A DNA stretch of 63,566 nucleotides, filler included, from Octopus bimaculoides (taxonomy: Eukaryota), in assembly GCF_001194135.2 (NCBI RefSeq). It is 6 parts of 6 records of this genome, joined end to end, with 100 filler letters (N's around TTAATTAATTAA, not from the genome) between each part and the next. Parts side by side here need not be neighbours in the genome. Positions count along the whole stretch, not along the records: positions 37,573 to 52,186 come from NC_068999.1; positions 52,287 to 53,897 come from NW_026366060.1; positions 53,998 to 61,210 come from NC_068987.1; 3 more parts are not named here. The stretch is one strand, 5' to 3'. A program made the translations under genes and the position numbers. Within the stretch, counting starts at the first letter, position 1. Every line of letters begins with the position of its first letter. Below the pieces are notes generated by a model. The model saw only the letters and a program-made list of their open reading frames with translations, was not told the origin of the DNA and made no database searches. Positions 42,393 to 54,805 of the stretch are shown here, piece by piece.

Positions 42393-42757
42393 NNNNNNNN
42401 NNNNNNNNNNNNNNNNNNNNNNNNNNNNNNNNNNNNNNNNNNNNNNNNNNNNNNNNNNNNNNNNNNNNNNNNNNNNNNNNNNNNNNNNNNNNNNNNNNNN
42501 NNNNNNNNNNNNNNNNNNNNNNNNNNNNNNNNNNNNNNNNNNNNNNNNNNNNNNNNNNNNNNNNNNNNNNNNNNNNNNNNNNNNNNNNNNNNNNNNNNNN
42601 NNNNNNNNNNNNNNNNNNNNNNNNNNNNNNNNNNNNNNNNNNNNNNNNNNNNNNNNNNNNNNNNNNNNNNNNNNNNNNNNNNNNNNNNNNNNNNNNNNNN
42701 NNNNNNNNNNNNNNNNNNNNNNNNNNNNNNNNNNNNNNNNNNNNNNNNNNNNNNNNN

Positions 42758-42850
<93 letters not shown>

Positions 42851-42977
42851 ATGTATGTATATATTAAAGTACAAGTGAGGTTATATAAAAACCTCAGAGG
42901 GATAAAAATATCCAAGATAAGACTGGTTGAATACCTAATAATATAGGCACACGCATATATATTCTTATTCTTGTAAA

Positions 42978-43254
42978 AAACCAAGAGAGGAAATTGCGAT
43001 AACATGAATAAAAATTTATTAATACAATTGAGAAGACCTACAGCTGTTTCAATTCATCGCTTGTAGTATAAAATCAACCAAATTTCATTTTGATTAATTA
43101 AATCAATATTATGATAATAATTAACCAAATTGATTTAATCAATTCAACTTAAATTTGATTGACTTTATATTACAAGCGATGAATTGAAACAACTGTAGGT
43201 CTTATCAATGTATCAATAATTTTTTATTAATCTTATTTCCATCTCTCTTGGTTT
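42978..43254. repeat. Long imperfect inverted repeat (~105-bp arms, ~65-bp spacer)
   Basis: 42981-43085 is the reverse complement of 43151-43251, e.g. GAAGACCTACAGCTGTTTCAATTCATCGCTTGTA versus TACAAGCGATGAATTGAAACAACTGTAGGTCTT. Confidence 0.9.
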
Positions 43255-43381
43255 ATATATATATATATATACACATATACATACATACATATATATCAAC
43301 TATGTATATATATATATATGTATATGTATATGTAGATATATATTTATATCTATATCTATATCTTCCTCTCTTTCTCCCCCT

Positions 43382-43415
<34 letters not shown>

Positions 43416-43479
43416 CTCTCTATCTATCTCTCTATCTCTCTCTCTATCTATCTATCTATCTCTNNNNNNNNNNATATAT

Positions 43480-43784
43480 AAGGTAATCCTTATATCCAAA
43501 TTCACATGGATGTCTTGTCAGAATACCGAATACTGCGTTATCAGCCTTATTAGACTTTTGATACATAAAAGCACACGCATTGAACGTAGCAGACGAGAAC
43601 CGTCTGTCATTCACACTGGAATTCCCATATCGTGATTTCATTCTCCTGGGCATCATCAGTGAGAAGCGTCCGGTCACCGTATGCTGGACCAAAGGCATAT
43701 ATAAGAGGATCTCTCAAAACTAGTAACGCAGTATTCGGCGTTCTAACAAAACATTCATGTTAGGTTTGATATAAATATGACCTT
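43480..43784. mobile_element. MITE-like element with ~60-bp imperfect TIRs
   Basis: 43480-43540 and 43724-43784 are inverted (innermost CCGAATACTGCGTTA / TAACGCAGTATTCGG perfect). Ends AAGGT..ACCTT. Confidence 0.65.
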
Positions 43785-46120
43785 TTGGTATTAATACGGC
43801 ATCCAGCATGCAGGTTATTTGCGACATCAGTGAAGATGCTAATATTTTTAGTCTGAAAGATTGCAGGGTAGTGCACGGCACGCTATACAAGCTTATAATA
43901 TCTGGGCATGAAAGCTATAGTATCTCACCATAAAAATTCTGCATTTTCAAAATCATACATGTGTGTGTGTGTGTGTGTGTGCGTGTGTGTTGGCGCGCGC
44001 GCACTCTTCCTCTTTTATTTGTTTCAGTCAATGGATTGCAGCCATGCAGGAGCACATGCGGAGGAGCTTAATTTAATCAAATCATACTCAGTATGTATAT
44101 TTTGTCTCTCACTTATAGTGTTTTGTCTTCATCCTTTTTAGTAGCTACATAAACACATAGAGAAACGAAAGAGGGAAATTATACTTTTGTTCACATGGTA
44201 CGTACAGAGAAACTATTATTACTGACGGTGGTTTGGTACATGAGAAGTGTGATTGACACACGAGTCATGTTTTAAGCATGGCACAAATAACATCAATAAT
44301 TGTCAGCGATTTCCAATGAGGACATAAACATGAAAACTGAAATCAACGCATTTATTATTTCATCAAGTTTTAATAGAATTATCAGTTACACTTCAAAGAA
44401 GTGTCTTCAAGTATTTATAGCGGAGAAATAAACTGGTAGTTAGATATAATTTTTGTTTTCATATATAATGGTATATAATTAATGTGAAATTTATCACGTG
44501 GAGAATTTCTCTAAAACAATGACTGCTTACTGTTAATTATTTAATAGATAAATTCATTCTACATATCTTTTTTGTTGCTATCACAGTGTTTAAAATTTTA
44601 GAATTAAGTAAAATTTGGTATATTGATGTAATTTTCCACGCTGAATCTGATTTTGTTATTCACTTGTTCCAGAAAAATTGTCGAAGAGTATTACAGAGGT
44701 TTTAAATTTTTGATAATTTTATCCAAGTAGAAAACAGGATTGAGAGGATGGCGTTTTCCAATATAATTATATTTGTATATGCATTGATATTTATAAATCT
44801 ATAGATATGTTTATATGAGCATGTCCATATATGTCTTATCTTTATTTTCTAGTATAGACCCTTGCAATAAAGAATAAGATTTTAGATAACAACAACGGAC
44901 GATATTTACATGATGGTAATCGAAACATTCTTGCATACTTTTACTGTTCCACTTACAGGTTGTTGATGTAAAGTTTAACTTACCTGATAGCTTTCATTAA
45001 TTGAAAAATTAGCTTTTAAAGGTTACCATCTGGACATCTGGTATCGTGTCCAATTGCCTTAACGTAAATTTATAACCTAGGTAAAAAAAATAGCAGTAAG
45101 TTCATAAGTCCCATCTGTAAATATTCTGTTTTTCATAGATTTCAAATATGTTAATAAGTGCCCTGTATACCGGCACATATTTTTTTTATATATCACTATA
45201 TGAAGCTAATTTTTTACTCGGCAGAAGTTTTGAGATAAAAATTTTGTTGAAACATATGCATAGATTCGACAACAAAAATATTTTTTTATATTTATCCCAT
45301 CGTAGTCTCCCTATCGAATTATTTTATCATTTTATTTTATTTTATTTTACATAAATACCGCATTAATACCGCATTAATAAGCCTGTATGAAGAACTGTTA
45401 GAAATGTGCGTTATATCTTTCACATACATGTAATATAATCGACATTTTCGGTCACAAACTGAGGATTTTATTGCTTCGTTATCTAGTTTATTCATTGGGT
45501 ATTTTGTAGCCTGTAATTTGTAAATAAAATAAATCCTTCAAATTATGATATGATGTAACGGTTACGAGTCCATATGCTACTTTTCCCGTCAGTAAGACGG
45601 AAGTTTAGCGAAAACGTTTGGGCGTTCGGATTAACTGCTTTATGATCTCATTTTAAATGTCGCAACCATTAACTTTGTTTTTCATCCCTCCAAAATTGAT
45701 GGAAGATAGTATCGAGTCAGTTTATATTTTTATATAGCATACTTATAACGCATTCGTTCATTCAAATGATATGGTTGAAGAAATTTTATTTTCCCTTATT
45801 CGAAAGGAAAATAAATTTACAGCTACCGTGTTATATTGACATGGCTTGAGACTTCTGCGAGGATCAGTACATGGAATCGCTTGCTACCTGTTGAACCTTG
45901 AAACAAAAGGCCTGCTATGGATTTCTCACGGATATTTGGCTGAGGAATAGTGCAAAGCGAAAGGTTTAGGGACAGAATGAGGTTATGAGAACATCTGAAT
46001 GGGGCATAGATTCCAAAATATTAGTTATAATCTATGTAAAAAGGAATATCTTATGGGAGACGAGTGATATAAATCCCTAAAACTGTACGAATGTTCTATT
46101 TCAATTACACGACGTATATG

Positions 46121-46318
46121 TACGAGGTGTGCTGAAAAGTCCCTGGCTTTAAGGGTATCGCGAAAGACCTGGTTGGAGGCCCAACCTTCCGACTTCTTTT
46201 ACAGGGCTTAGAAAAACTGAAGGACTACTGCAATAAGTGTGTGAATCTCAGAAGGGAATATGTTGAATAAAATCATAATTAACTGATCCTCCTCTATTTT
46301 CTTTTACCCAAAGTCATG
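46121..46318 (+). mobile_element. Mariner-derived MITE
   Basis: Left TIR TACGAGGTGTGCTGAAAAGTCCCTGGCTTT. Retains the last transposase codons GLEKLKDYCNKCVNLRREYVE*. Right TIR truncated after AAAGTCATG. Confidence 0.75.
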
Positions 46319-48214
46319 TTCTTGAGTCGAACTAGAACTTAACGGTAAACTTTGCTCTACTATGAATATTCTACAGCGGGTATATAGCTTCACCTACCTA
46401 GCATCCTCTCGTACAGATATATACATACACACAGAAACACAAATACAAACACATACATACATATTGAAATGGCGCACTAATGGTTTGTATACCGATAAAA
46501 TTTAACTGAAGATAAAATAATATAGTTGAAATAGAGAACAAAGAAATTAAGAAAGTCAATGTAGAAAAGACGGGATTAAACAAAAGTAATTAACATCGTC
46601 AGAAACAAAATTGACATCAATAAGAACAACAATAACAAATATAAAAACAATAGCAGCAGCAGCAGCACCAGTAGCAGCAGCAGCAGCAATAGCCAGAAAA
46701 AAAGAAAACATTAAATTTCGAGAGCATTCATCAGAACTTTACTCGCAGCGTCACCGATACAACGACAATCATACAAACATTAACAGAAACACTATCCTCT
46801 CTGTAAACAAGGCTTTCGTTGTCTATCAACTTATATATACATAGTAATAGTTATATAGTGATGGTAGGAGTGGTAACAACAGCGGCTGTATTTGAAGTGT
46901 GTAAACAACAAAGAGACTACTCAATACTCAATATTGAGTAGACATATCTCAGGCAGAGGAAATGATTGTTACATACGTTGGACGTAATTTTGAATCGTTG
47001 AGTTATTGTTGAATTTTGTAGTTTTGAAGAACACTGTTTTGGTTTTTATTGTACCATTTTCTTAATACGTGAAACAACATCAACTGTCACTAGATTTGCT
47101 TTATAAAATTTTCGCCTCTTCCGAACGGAATTGGATATTTGTTTTGTAGCTTTTTTAGCCATTTTTAAAAAAAAGATAAGAAAACATGGTGTCCAATTTT
47201 TGAGTCAGAGGAATGATAGATAGTTTAAGAACAGTTTTGACACTGTTTCAATCTGTAAAACAAAGCACCACCACCACTACTAGTGCCGAGGGAAACAATA
47301 ACAGCAACAATGAAAATGAAAATAACAATTACAGAAATGAGAATATAGAACAAAAAAGACTAACAAAGTATTAAATTGATCTTTTAACAAACTTGTATAT
47401 TCTTCCTCCATCGTTACCACCTATTAACACTAACAAAAAAAAAATGAAAACATAACATGCAAATATAGGGTTGGCGGATTCACCGACGCTGCGCATCAAA
47501 TAGCAGAAGCTTTATCGCTGGAAGAATTGAAAATTGTCTATACAATTTTCTGAGGTCTGGAAGAAATGCTGTGTTCAACATCCCAGAAAGTATCCTGCAT
47601 GAAACCAACCTCAGAACGGTGGTAAACAAAACCTTAGAAACAAAAGTAGAAAAATACAGCAGGCGACACAGCAACAAATTTAAAAGTTACTTAGGTTAAT
47701 CTGGGGCACAAAAACATGTCACCAGAGGAGAAAAATACGGCACAGTAGAGATGAGATTCCCAATGGAAGATGAGGCCAGTAAGCATCCCATAATAAACCT
47801 AAAGATTGACGGACTGGTTCTCACAGTAAGATAGTAAAAATAAAGACAGTTCATGCACCCGCAGCAATAAGCTGGCTGGTGGTAGCTGTCCCCTTCAACA
47901 TAAAGAACAATACTATCATCTTGTAGGTCCAGAGGTCGCGGAAACAAAATTAGTCGAGCGAATGCTTACTCACACACACACACACATCTACTCTGTTCTC
48001 CACTTTCTCCTTTCCCTCCCCACATAAGGAACTACACTCATAAATATTTACTGAATGACAAGCATATGCCAGCAGATCTGAGACCGAAGTTACCTTAAAA
48101 AAAGGGCCGAGTACTTAAAACTCTTTCTTTACTTCCACCTTTACATTAGCTTTTTTTCTATGGAAATTTCTCCAGTATGCATGTCATAACCACTTATGTA
48201 AGTTTATTTTTGTT

Positions 48215-50424
48215 TTTTGTGAAGCAAGAGTAATGTTTTCTTGTTTTTGCTTGAGAGTGACGACCTGAAACTTTTAACAATTTGAAGAAGTTATTGTTTC
48301 TGCTCTTCATCATTGGTTATCAGTCGTACACCTCTTTCCGCAATGTCGTTTACCACTTTGAGTCCATATGTAATATCTCTTGCATTCGCATAACTTTCAT
48401 CATCATTCCATTCTTCAGCATCTTTTTTCAAGAAAAGTGCAAGGAACCTCTAGGATTTCAAAGAATCTTTTTGTGTTGGCAGTAACGAAATCCTTCAGTT
48501 GTTTCTGCCCAGCTGATTCATGATTTATTGATGCTCGTTTGCTCGCTTTTGAGTCAACTGGCTTCTGCAGAGCATGCTTCATTTTGTTTTTTGTATCATG
48601 CGAAACAGCTGAATCAAAAAATGCAAGCCCCACAAGTTCCCCAGAGAGGTACCACAAATGTCTCAAAACTTATTGAGTGAAGCACTCGCAATTTTGTTAG
48701 CCTTTTGCTTTGAATCTCTTAAACAGTTGTACGTCAGGGCCAGTAGAAGATGGCAAGGAGACAAACTGCAGCTTCTAACACTATTTCGAACACATGATGT
48801 TGGCAAGTTAGCCACAGCATATCTTTATCCAAGCTTTGCTCTAGTAACATACAAGCACCACTCTTAGAATCTGTGTTGGAGGCAGTGGCGTCAAAACACA
48901 TGCCCTTCACTTGGTCAGATATATTCCTCTCCAGTACTAAGTGATGGACAGCATCTGCAATGTTTTGACCAGTTCCTCTGACAAGTCTAGGAATACCAAG
49001 AAGCTGATCAACTCCTTGGCCGGAAATTAGAACTGGCAGTCGTTCAACATTTTTATGACCAGTAATATCTTCTATTAGTTTGCCGTCCCAATGTATTTCG
49101 AGCGGGAAAATTGTTTCAAAATCCTGCTTCAAATTTTCTGCAATTGCCTTGCGGTTCCTTTGTCTTGATCTCCGTATCGATGAATAACTAACACTGTATT
49201 CTTCAGGGTTTTTCTCAAGAGCATTGACTGTTGGGATCAAGATTGTCGAACCAGCTCTATCACATACTTTTGCAGCATCAAGAGATACAAGCATTGAAGA
49301 ATCCACAAGCTTTGCACTCTTAGATTTTGATCTACTTTGTTTTGAAGTTGATGGCTGCTGAGGGTCAGCAACAAATTCTTCTTCTGGTGTTGAACTATCT
49401 TGATTCAAACTCGAAGGACTTGAACTTGAGAGCACTGCTGTTTCGAAAACGGCTGTTTCCCTCTTTCTTTTCTTTTCAAGCAATGTTTTCTTTTTTCTAG
49501 CAATCTTTTCCATTTGTGAAAAAACTTTATCCCCTCCAGCCATTGTGCTTTTTCTTCCTTTTTGTTGTTGCAGCATCAAAACCCACGATCTTCATCTATC
49601 TTTATCATGTCAAGACCACTTGCATGTGCAATTTCAAACAGATCTTCCAAGTCATTTTGCCAGCTCTCTTGTTATTGAAGTATTGTAGGTGATTGCTTCT
49701 TATTATTTCTGTTCTTCTTTAGTTTCTCCCATTCGTTGATAAGTTTTCTTACTCCCTCCACGACATGACATTTCAACACTGTTGGGATGTGTGCCTTTTC
49801 CCACACCTCCATAACATCTCTCGCAGTCGACAAAGCCGCTGTTTTCACCTGTTGCTTTTTGTTGTACTTGTAGTTCATAAACAATGCTAATTCTCCCCTC
49901 TTAGATGGAAGCTGGGATTCTTTGAAGGACTCTATAGGATGTCCTATGAGCCAAACAACTGTTTTGTGACGCGTATGCCGTTCCATGAGTGTAACTCAGC
50001 AACAACTATAGTTCTATACAACCACTCTCAGCGAAGGCAGCAAATATACAGAGTTAGTGACGCTGCACTTACACCGATGCGGCCGCCACAGTGACGTCAC
50101 AGTAAACAAATGCTTGTAGAATGTTCGGCTACGGCGTCTATAGCAATGAAAGGGATGAAAAGGCTTACGGAAAGAGGTTCAGAGTCTGTTGTGACTGCTA
50201 TATGTTGCTGACTACCGTTTTTGATGAAATCTACAAAATAAATAAATGTACAATAAATACAAACCGAAAAATAACAATATACAAAATGTTCAGTGGGTGG
50301 CAGCAACCTCCAAAATATCTTTAGTTGAGCTGAAATTTTGCATGTTGAGTTATTACACTAAATTAAATAAAATTAAAGGGTGTCTTCAGGTTTTTGAAAT
50401 GACAAGTTATTTTGCGTCACCCTC
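48215..50424 (-). mobile_element. hAT-superfamily (hATm-like) transposase pseudogene with internal deletion
   Basis: Minus-strand motifs LIG..QLPSK, IHWDGKL, RLPVLISG..LLGIP..GTG, FDATASNT..GAC.LLE, CQHH, GPDVQLFKRF, HLWYLSGELVGLAFFD and KVVNDIAERGV. Possible terminus TGAGGGTGACGC at ~50424. Confidence 0.75.
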
Positions 50425-50440
50425 ATGTGTGTATATATAT

Positions 50441-50479
<39 letters not shown>

Positions 50480-51516
50480 ACACCACNNNNNNNNNNNNNN
50501 NNNNNNNNNNNNNNNNNNNNNNNNNNNNNNNNNNNNNNNNNNNNNNNNNNNNNNNNNNNNNNNNNNNNNNNNNNNNNNNNNNNNNNNNNNNNNNNNNNNN
50601 NNNNNNNNNNNNNNNNNNNNNNNNNNNNNNNNNNNNNNNNNNNNNNNNNNNNNNNNNNNNNNNNNNNNNNNNNNNNNNNNNNNNNNNNNNNNNNNNNNNN
50701 NNNNNNNNNNNNNNNNNNNNNNNNNNNNNNNNNNNNNNNNNNNNNNNNNNNNNNNNNNNNNNNNNNNNNNNNNNNNNNNNNNNNNNNNNNNNNNNNNNNN
50801 NNNNNNNNNNNNNNNNNNNNNNNNNNNNNNNNNNNNNNNNNNNNNNNNNNNNNNNNNNNNNNNNNNNNNNNNNNNNNNNNNNNNNNNNNNNNNNNNNNNN
50901 NNNNNNNNNNNNNNNNNNNNNNNNNNNNNNNNNNNNNNNNNNNNNNNNNNNNNNNNNNNNNNNNNNNNNNNNNNNNNNNNNNNNNNNNNNNNNNNNNNNN
51001 NNNNNNNNNNNNNNNNNNNNNNNNNNNNNNNNNNNNNNNNNNNNNNNNNNNNNNNNNNNNNNNNNNNNNNNNNNNNNNNNNNNNNNNNNNNNNNNNNNNN
51101 NNNNNNNNNNNNNNNNNNNNNNNNNNNNNNNNNNNNNNNNNNNNNNNNNNNNNNNNNNNNNNNNNNNNNNNNNNNNNNNNNNNNNNNNNNNNNNNNNNNN
51201 NNNNNNNNNNNNNNNNNNNNNNNNNNNNNNNNNNNNNAGTCAAGTGAAAAGTGAGCGGTAATTAGGTCAAGTCATGAAGACAGAATGTGAAAGGGGATAG
51301 AGGAGAGATAGAGGCGGAGGATGGTAGCGATATATTTATGGTCAGTTGGTCTTAACAGGGTAGAGGGGGTGAGCATATAGAGTGAAGGAGGAATAGGGGG
51401 ATGAGGTTAAAAGGTCTAGTGAGTAGGAAGGAATGCGTGTGTGTAGTATATAGGTGGTGGGGGTATGAGTGATAAACCAAGGACAGAGATAAAGGGAAGG
51501 GTTGGGTGTGAAAGGT

Positions 51517-52186
51517 AGTTAATAGTATCATATTTTAGGATGCTGCCAAGCCTTAAGGACACTCCCATTCCTTCTCAAAAATCTTTCACTATTCTCCTTC
51601 TAGCTAAGACTAGGGATCTCATCCGACGAATGAGATGGAAGGCCTTCTTCCACGATAACCAGACATATAGAAACGACTCAAGTACCAGTAAATTCAATCT
51701 CACATCATATAATAATCCTCCACATAACCCTCACCTTGAAAAATTTTTGAAACGGACATGATTAATTTAATAAAAAACATTAAATTCTCTAAGTCCAATT
51801 CTAACTTTCAAAAAAAGCTTTCACAAACTATAAAAAGAATTTCTAATTCCCTTAAGTTACATGTGCTTTCGGACAAACCAGGAAACTTATATCCCATCAC
51901 AGTGGAGGAATAAATCAAATTCATTAGAAACCAATTAAACAGGTCCTACAAGCTGGCATCAACATCCGCCTTAAATGAGGTCAACACCAGCCACTGCAGA
52001 ATCATGAAGAAGCTAAAAGTGGACGACAGAACAGAACCGTACTGCTCCACACCTCCACACTTCAACCTCAAGGATCACAAAAAGGACTTCAATACAAAAC
52101 CTTCGATTCGTCTAATATGCCCTACAAAATCCGACCTCGGAAGAATTAGTAAAAACATTTTAGACAGGATAATACCAATCGTCAAG
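51517..52186 (+). mobile_element. Penelope-like element RT N-terminal fragment, truncated at the spacer
   Basis: LIRRMRWKAFF, DK.GNLY and LKDHKKDFNTKPSIRLICPTKSDLGRISKNILD match PLE RT motifs (KDHK..F....RLI.P.KS). Purine-rich flank at 51240-51516. Confidence 0.75.
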
Positions 52187-52286
52187 NNNNNNNNNNNNNN
52201 NNNNNNNNNNNNNNNNNNNNNNNNNNNNNNTTAATTAATTAANNNNNNNNNNNNNNNNNNNNNNNNNNNNNNNNNNNNNNNNNNNN
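52187..52286. other. Artificial 100-bp assembly spacer
   Basis: TTAATTAATTAA at 52231-52242 with 44 N on each side. Confidence 0.97.
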
Positions 52287-52564
52287 ATCCAACTTTGAAC
52301 ACCTGTAACATTTTCGCAAAATTTTTCTGGAATAAATGAAATACAAATTCGGATTCAGCGTCACAAATAACATCGCTATGCTACATTAAAAAAAAAAAAT
52401 TAAGATTTCGATATGCAGTGACTCAAACCACAAAGATCTCATCAAGTCCAGGATGAAAGGCAAAGTTGACCTCGGCAGAATTTGAACTCAAAGCACAGAC
52501 ACGAACAAAATGCGGCTAAGCATTTTGTTAGGCATGCTAATAATTCTGCCAGCTCGTTGCCTTA

Positions 52565-52610
<46 letters not shown>

Positions 52611-52611
52611 G

Positions 52612-52697
<86 letters not shown>

Positions 52698-52752
52698 GAT
52701 AATAATGATAATAATGATAATAATAATAATGATAATAATAATATTAATAATA

Positions 52753-53364
52753 CTGGACTTTGTCCGTGATAAAAACTGGTGGGAACACAAACCACCCCCA
52801 GTACTTGAAAATGATCACATCGCACTCCCCTGGAACTTCACCATTCAAACTGACAGAAAGATAGATGCAAATAGGCCAGACATCATACTGAAAAAATTCA
52901 GACAAAAATCATGCCTCCTCATTGATATAACTGTCCCAATCGATATAAACGTATCTGTCAAGACCTACCAAAGACTGAGAAAATATAAAGATTTTGAAAT
53001 AGGAATTAGCAAAATGTGGAATCTGAAGACTAAAATATTACCTATTGTCATAGGTGCCCTGGGAATGACAGCGAAACGGCTGCAGATACCAGGAAACCCC
53101 AAAATGGTTGAAGTTCAAAAGATAGTGCTCATGGGAACTGCCCATATCCTACGTAAAATACTGTCTATGTGATCTCAAATTTTAAAACAAACACATAATT
53201 TTCTTATGATTTCTTAAACATTCACTAGAACAACATTGTACAAATCCAAATATATGGTACCCTAGGCATAACACTTACATGAACTTCTAACTTGTTGTCT
53301 CTTGAGGTCTCTGGGTGAGACTTCGATCCAACTTGTACAAATGCAAAGCAAAAGTCAAACATAA

Positions 53365-53446
<82 letters not shown>
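52753..53446 (+). mobile_element. R4/Dong 3' fragment: RLE endonuclease + 3' UTR + (AAT)n
   Basis: WWEHKPPPVLEND..WNFTIQTDRKIDANRPDI..LLIDITVP..KYKD..PIVIGALG..QK..L.GTAHILRKILSM* (stop 53170-72). (AAT)n at 53365-53446. Confidence 0.92.
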
Positions 53447-53449
<3 letters not shown>

Positions 53450-53625
53450 CCTTTATGCAATAGGCACAAAGCCTGAAATTTCAGGGGTGGGGATAAGTGG
53501 CTTGCATCGATCGCAGTGCTTATTTTATCTATACTTAAAGGACGGAAAGGCAAGTTGACCTCGGCAGAACTTGAACTCAAATTGTAAAGACGGACGAAAT
53601 GCCGCAAAGCATTTTGTCCAGCGTG
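53447..53625 (-). mobile_element. SINE family 2 (Nin-like)
   Basis: GGCACAAAGCC..GGAAAGGCAAGTTGACCTCGGCAGAACTTGAACTC..GAAATGCCGCAAAGCATTTTGTCC. Confidence 0.8.
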
Positions 53626-53897
53626 CATACTGACAAGGCTATAAAAGCTAATAAACCGGATATTATTATAAAAGATCAGGCAAAGAAGACGTGTTTATTA
53701 ATTGACATGAGTATTCCCGCTGATCATAATATAGCGGCGAAAGAATTTGACAAGATCAGTAAATATAAAGACTTGCTAATAGAAATTGAAAAAATGTGGC
53801 ACCTCAGGGCGACTACCATACCAGTGATTGTAATATCTCTAGGAATAATAAAAAAAAAAGGCACTGAAACCTATTTGAAAATGATACCAGGCTTACC
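53624..53897 (+). mobile_element. Second R4/Dong RLE fragment (different subfamily), cut by the spacer
   Basis: HTDKAIKANKPDIIIKD..CLLIDMSIPAD.N...KEFDKISKYKDLLIEIEKMW. Confidence 0.9.
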
Positions 53898-53997
53898 NNN
53901 NNNNNNNNNNNNNNNNNNNNNNNNNNNNNNNNNNNNNNNNNTTAATTAATTAANNNNNNNNNNNNNNNNNNNNNNNNNNNNNNNNNNNNNNNNNNNN
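53898..53997. other. Artificial 100-bp assembly spacer
   Basis: TTAATTAATTAA at 53942-53953 with 44 N on each side. Confidence 0.97.
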
Positions 53998-54480
53998 GGC
54001 TTTTCGTCAGTTACAACGACGAAGGTTCCAATTGATCCGATCAACGAAACAGCCTGCTCGTGAAATAAACGTGCAAGTGGTTGAACACCCCACAGACATG
54101 AAGGCAGCGAGCTGGCAGAATCGTTACCATGCCGGGCGAAATGCTTAACTATATTTCGTCTGCCGTTACGTTCTGAGTTCAAATTCCGCCAAGGTCGACT
54201 TTGCCTTTCATCCTTTCGGGGTTGATAAATTAAGTAGCAGTTACGCACTGGGGTCGATGTAATCGACTTAATGCCTTTATCTGTCCTTGTTTGTCCCCTC
54301 TATGTTTAGCCCCTTATGGGCAATAAAGACATACGTACTCTTAACGTAGTTCCCAGGAAGACTCAGAGTGACACAGGATGTGACAAGGTTGGCTCTTTGA
54401 AATACAAGTGCTACTCATTTTTGCCAGCTGAGTGGACTGGAGCAATGTTAAAGTGTCTTGCTCTAGGAAACAACGCACCG
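53998..54480 (-). mobile_element. SINE (head B + tail X) interrupted by a + strand family-2 SINE at 54100-54326
   Basis: Host tail X at 54000-54099 continues at 54333. The inserted SINE is flanked by AGACAT (54094-99 and 54327-32). Confidence 0.85.
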
Positions 54481-54536
54481 CTGAGGGTGATAATACTGAT
54501 GTTTTGAAATTTTCAGGAATGTGTCAAGAGCCATAA

Positions 54537-54805
54537 AAGAAGGGTAAAGACTCCCTTCGATCATGAATGAGCATGGAATTGCACCTAGAAAATTCCCCTC
54601 TGAGGCACAAGTATAGGGCAGGGCTGTTTGCAGAAGACCAGCAGTTGCCCATGCATGCCAGTCTCCCCCACTTCACACCACCAGTGATGTTGTAACTCAT
54701 TTTTACAGCTGAGTGAACTGGATCAGTGTGAAATAAAGAGTCTTGCTCAAGAATACAACACACAGCCCAGTCCAGGAATCAAACTCACTACTTTGAGTGT
54801 ATCAC
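54537..54805 (-). mobile_element. SINE (head B + tail Y) with 12-bp TSD
   Basis: CAAGAGCCATAA at 54525-36 and 54806-17. Core CAGCTGAGTGAACTGGA..GTCTTGCTCAAGAA. Confidence 0.85.

Noticed and set aside
46610-46700. Poly-Ala/poly-Gln coding exon from (GCA)n
   Set aside because: Embedded in a low-complexity CAA/GCA tract with no splice sites or recognisable protein context.
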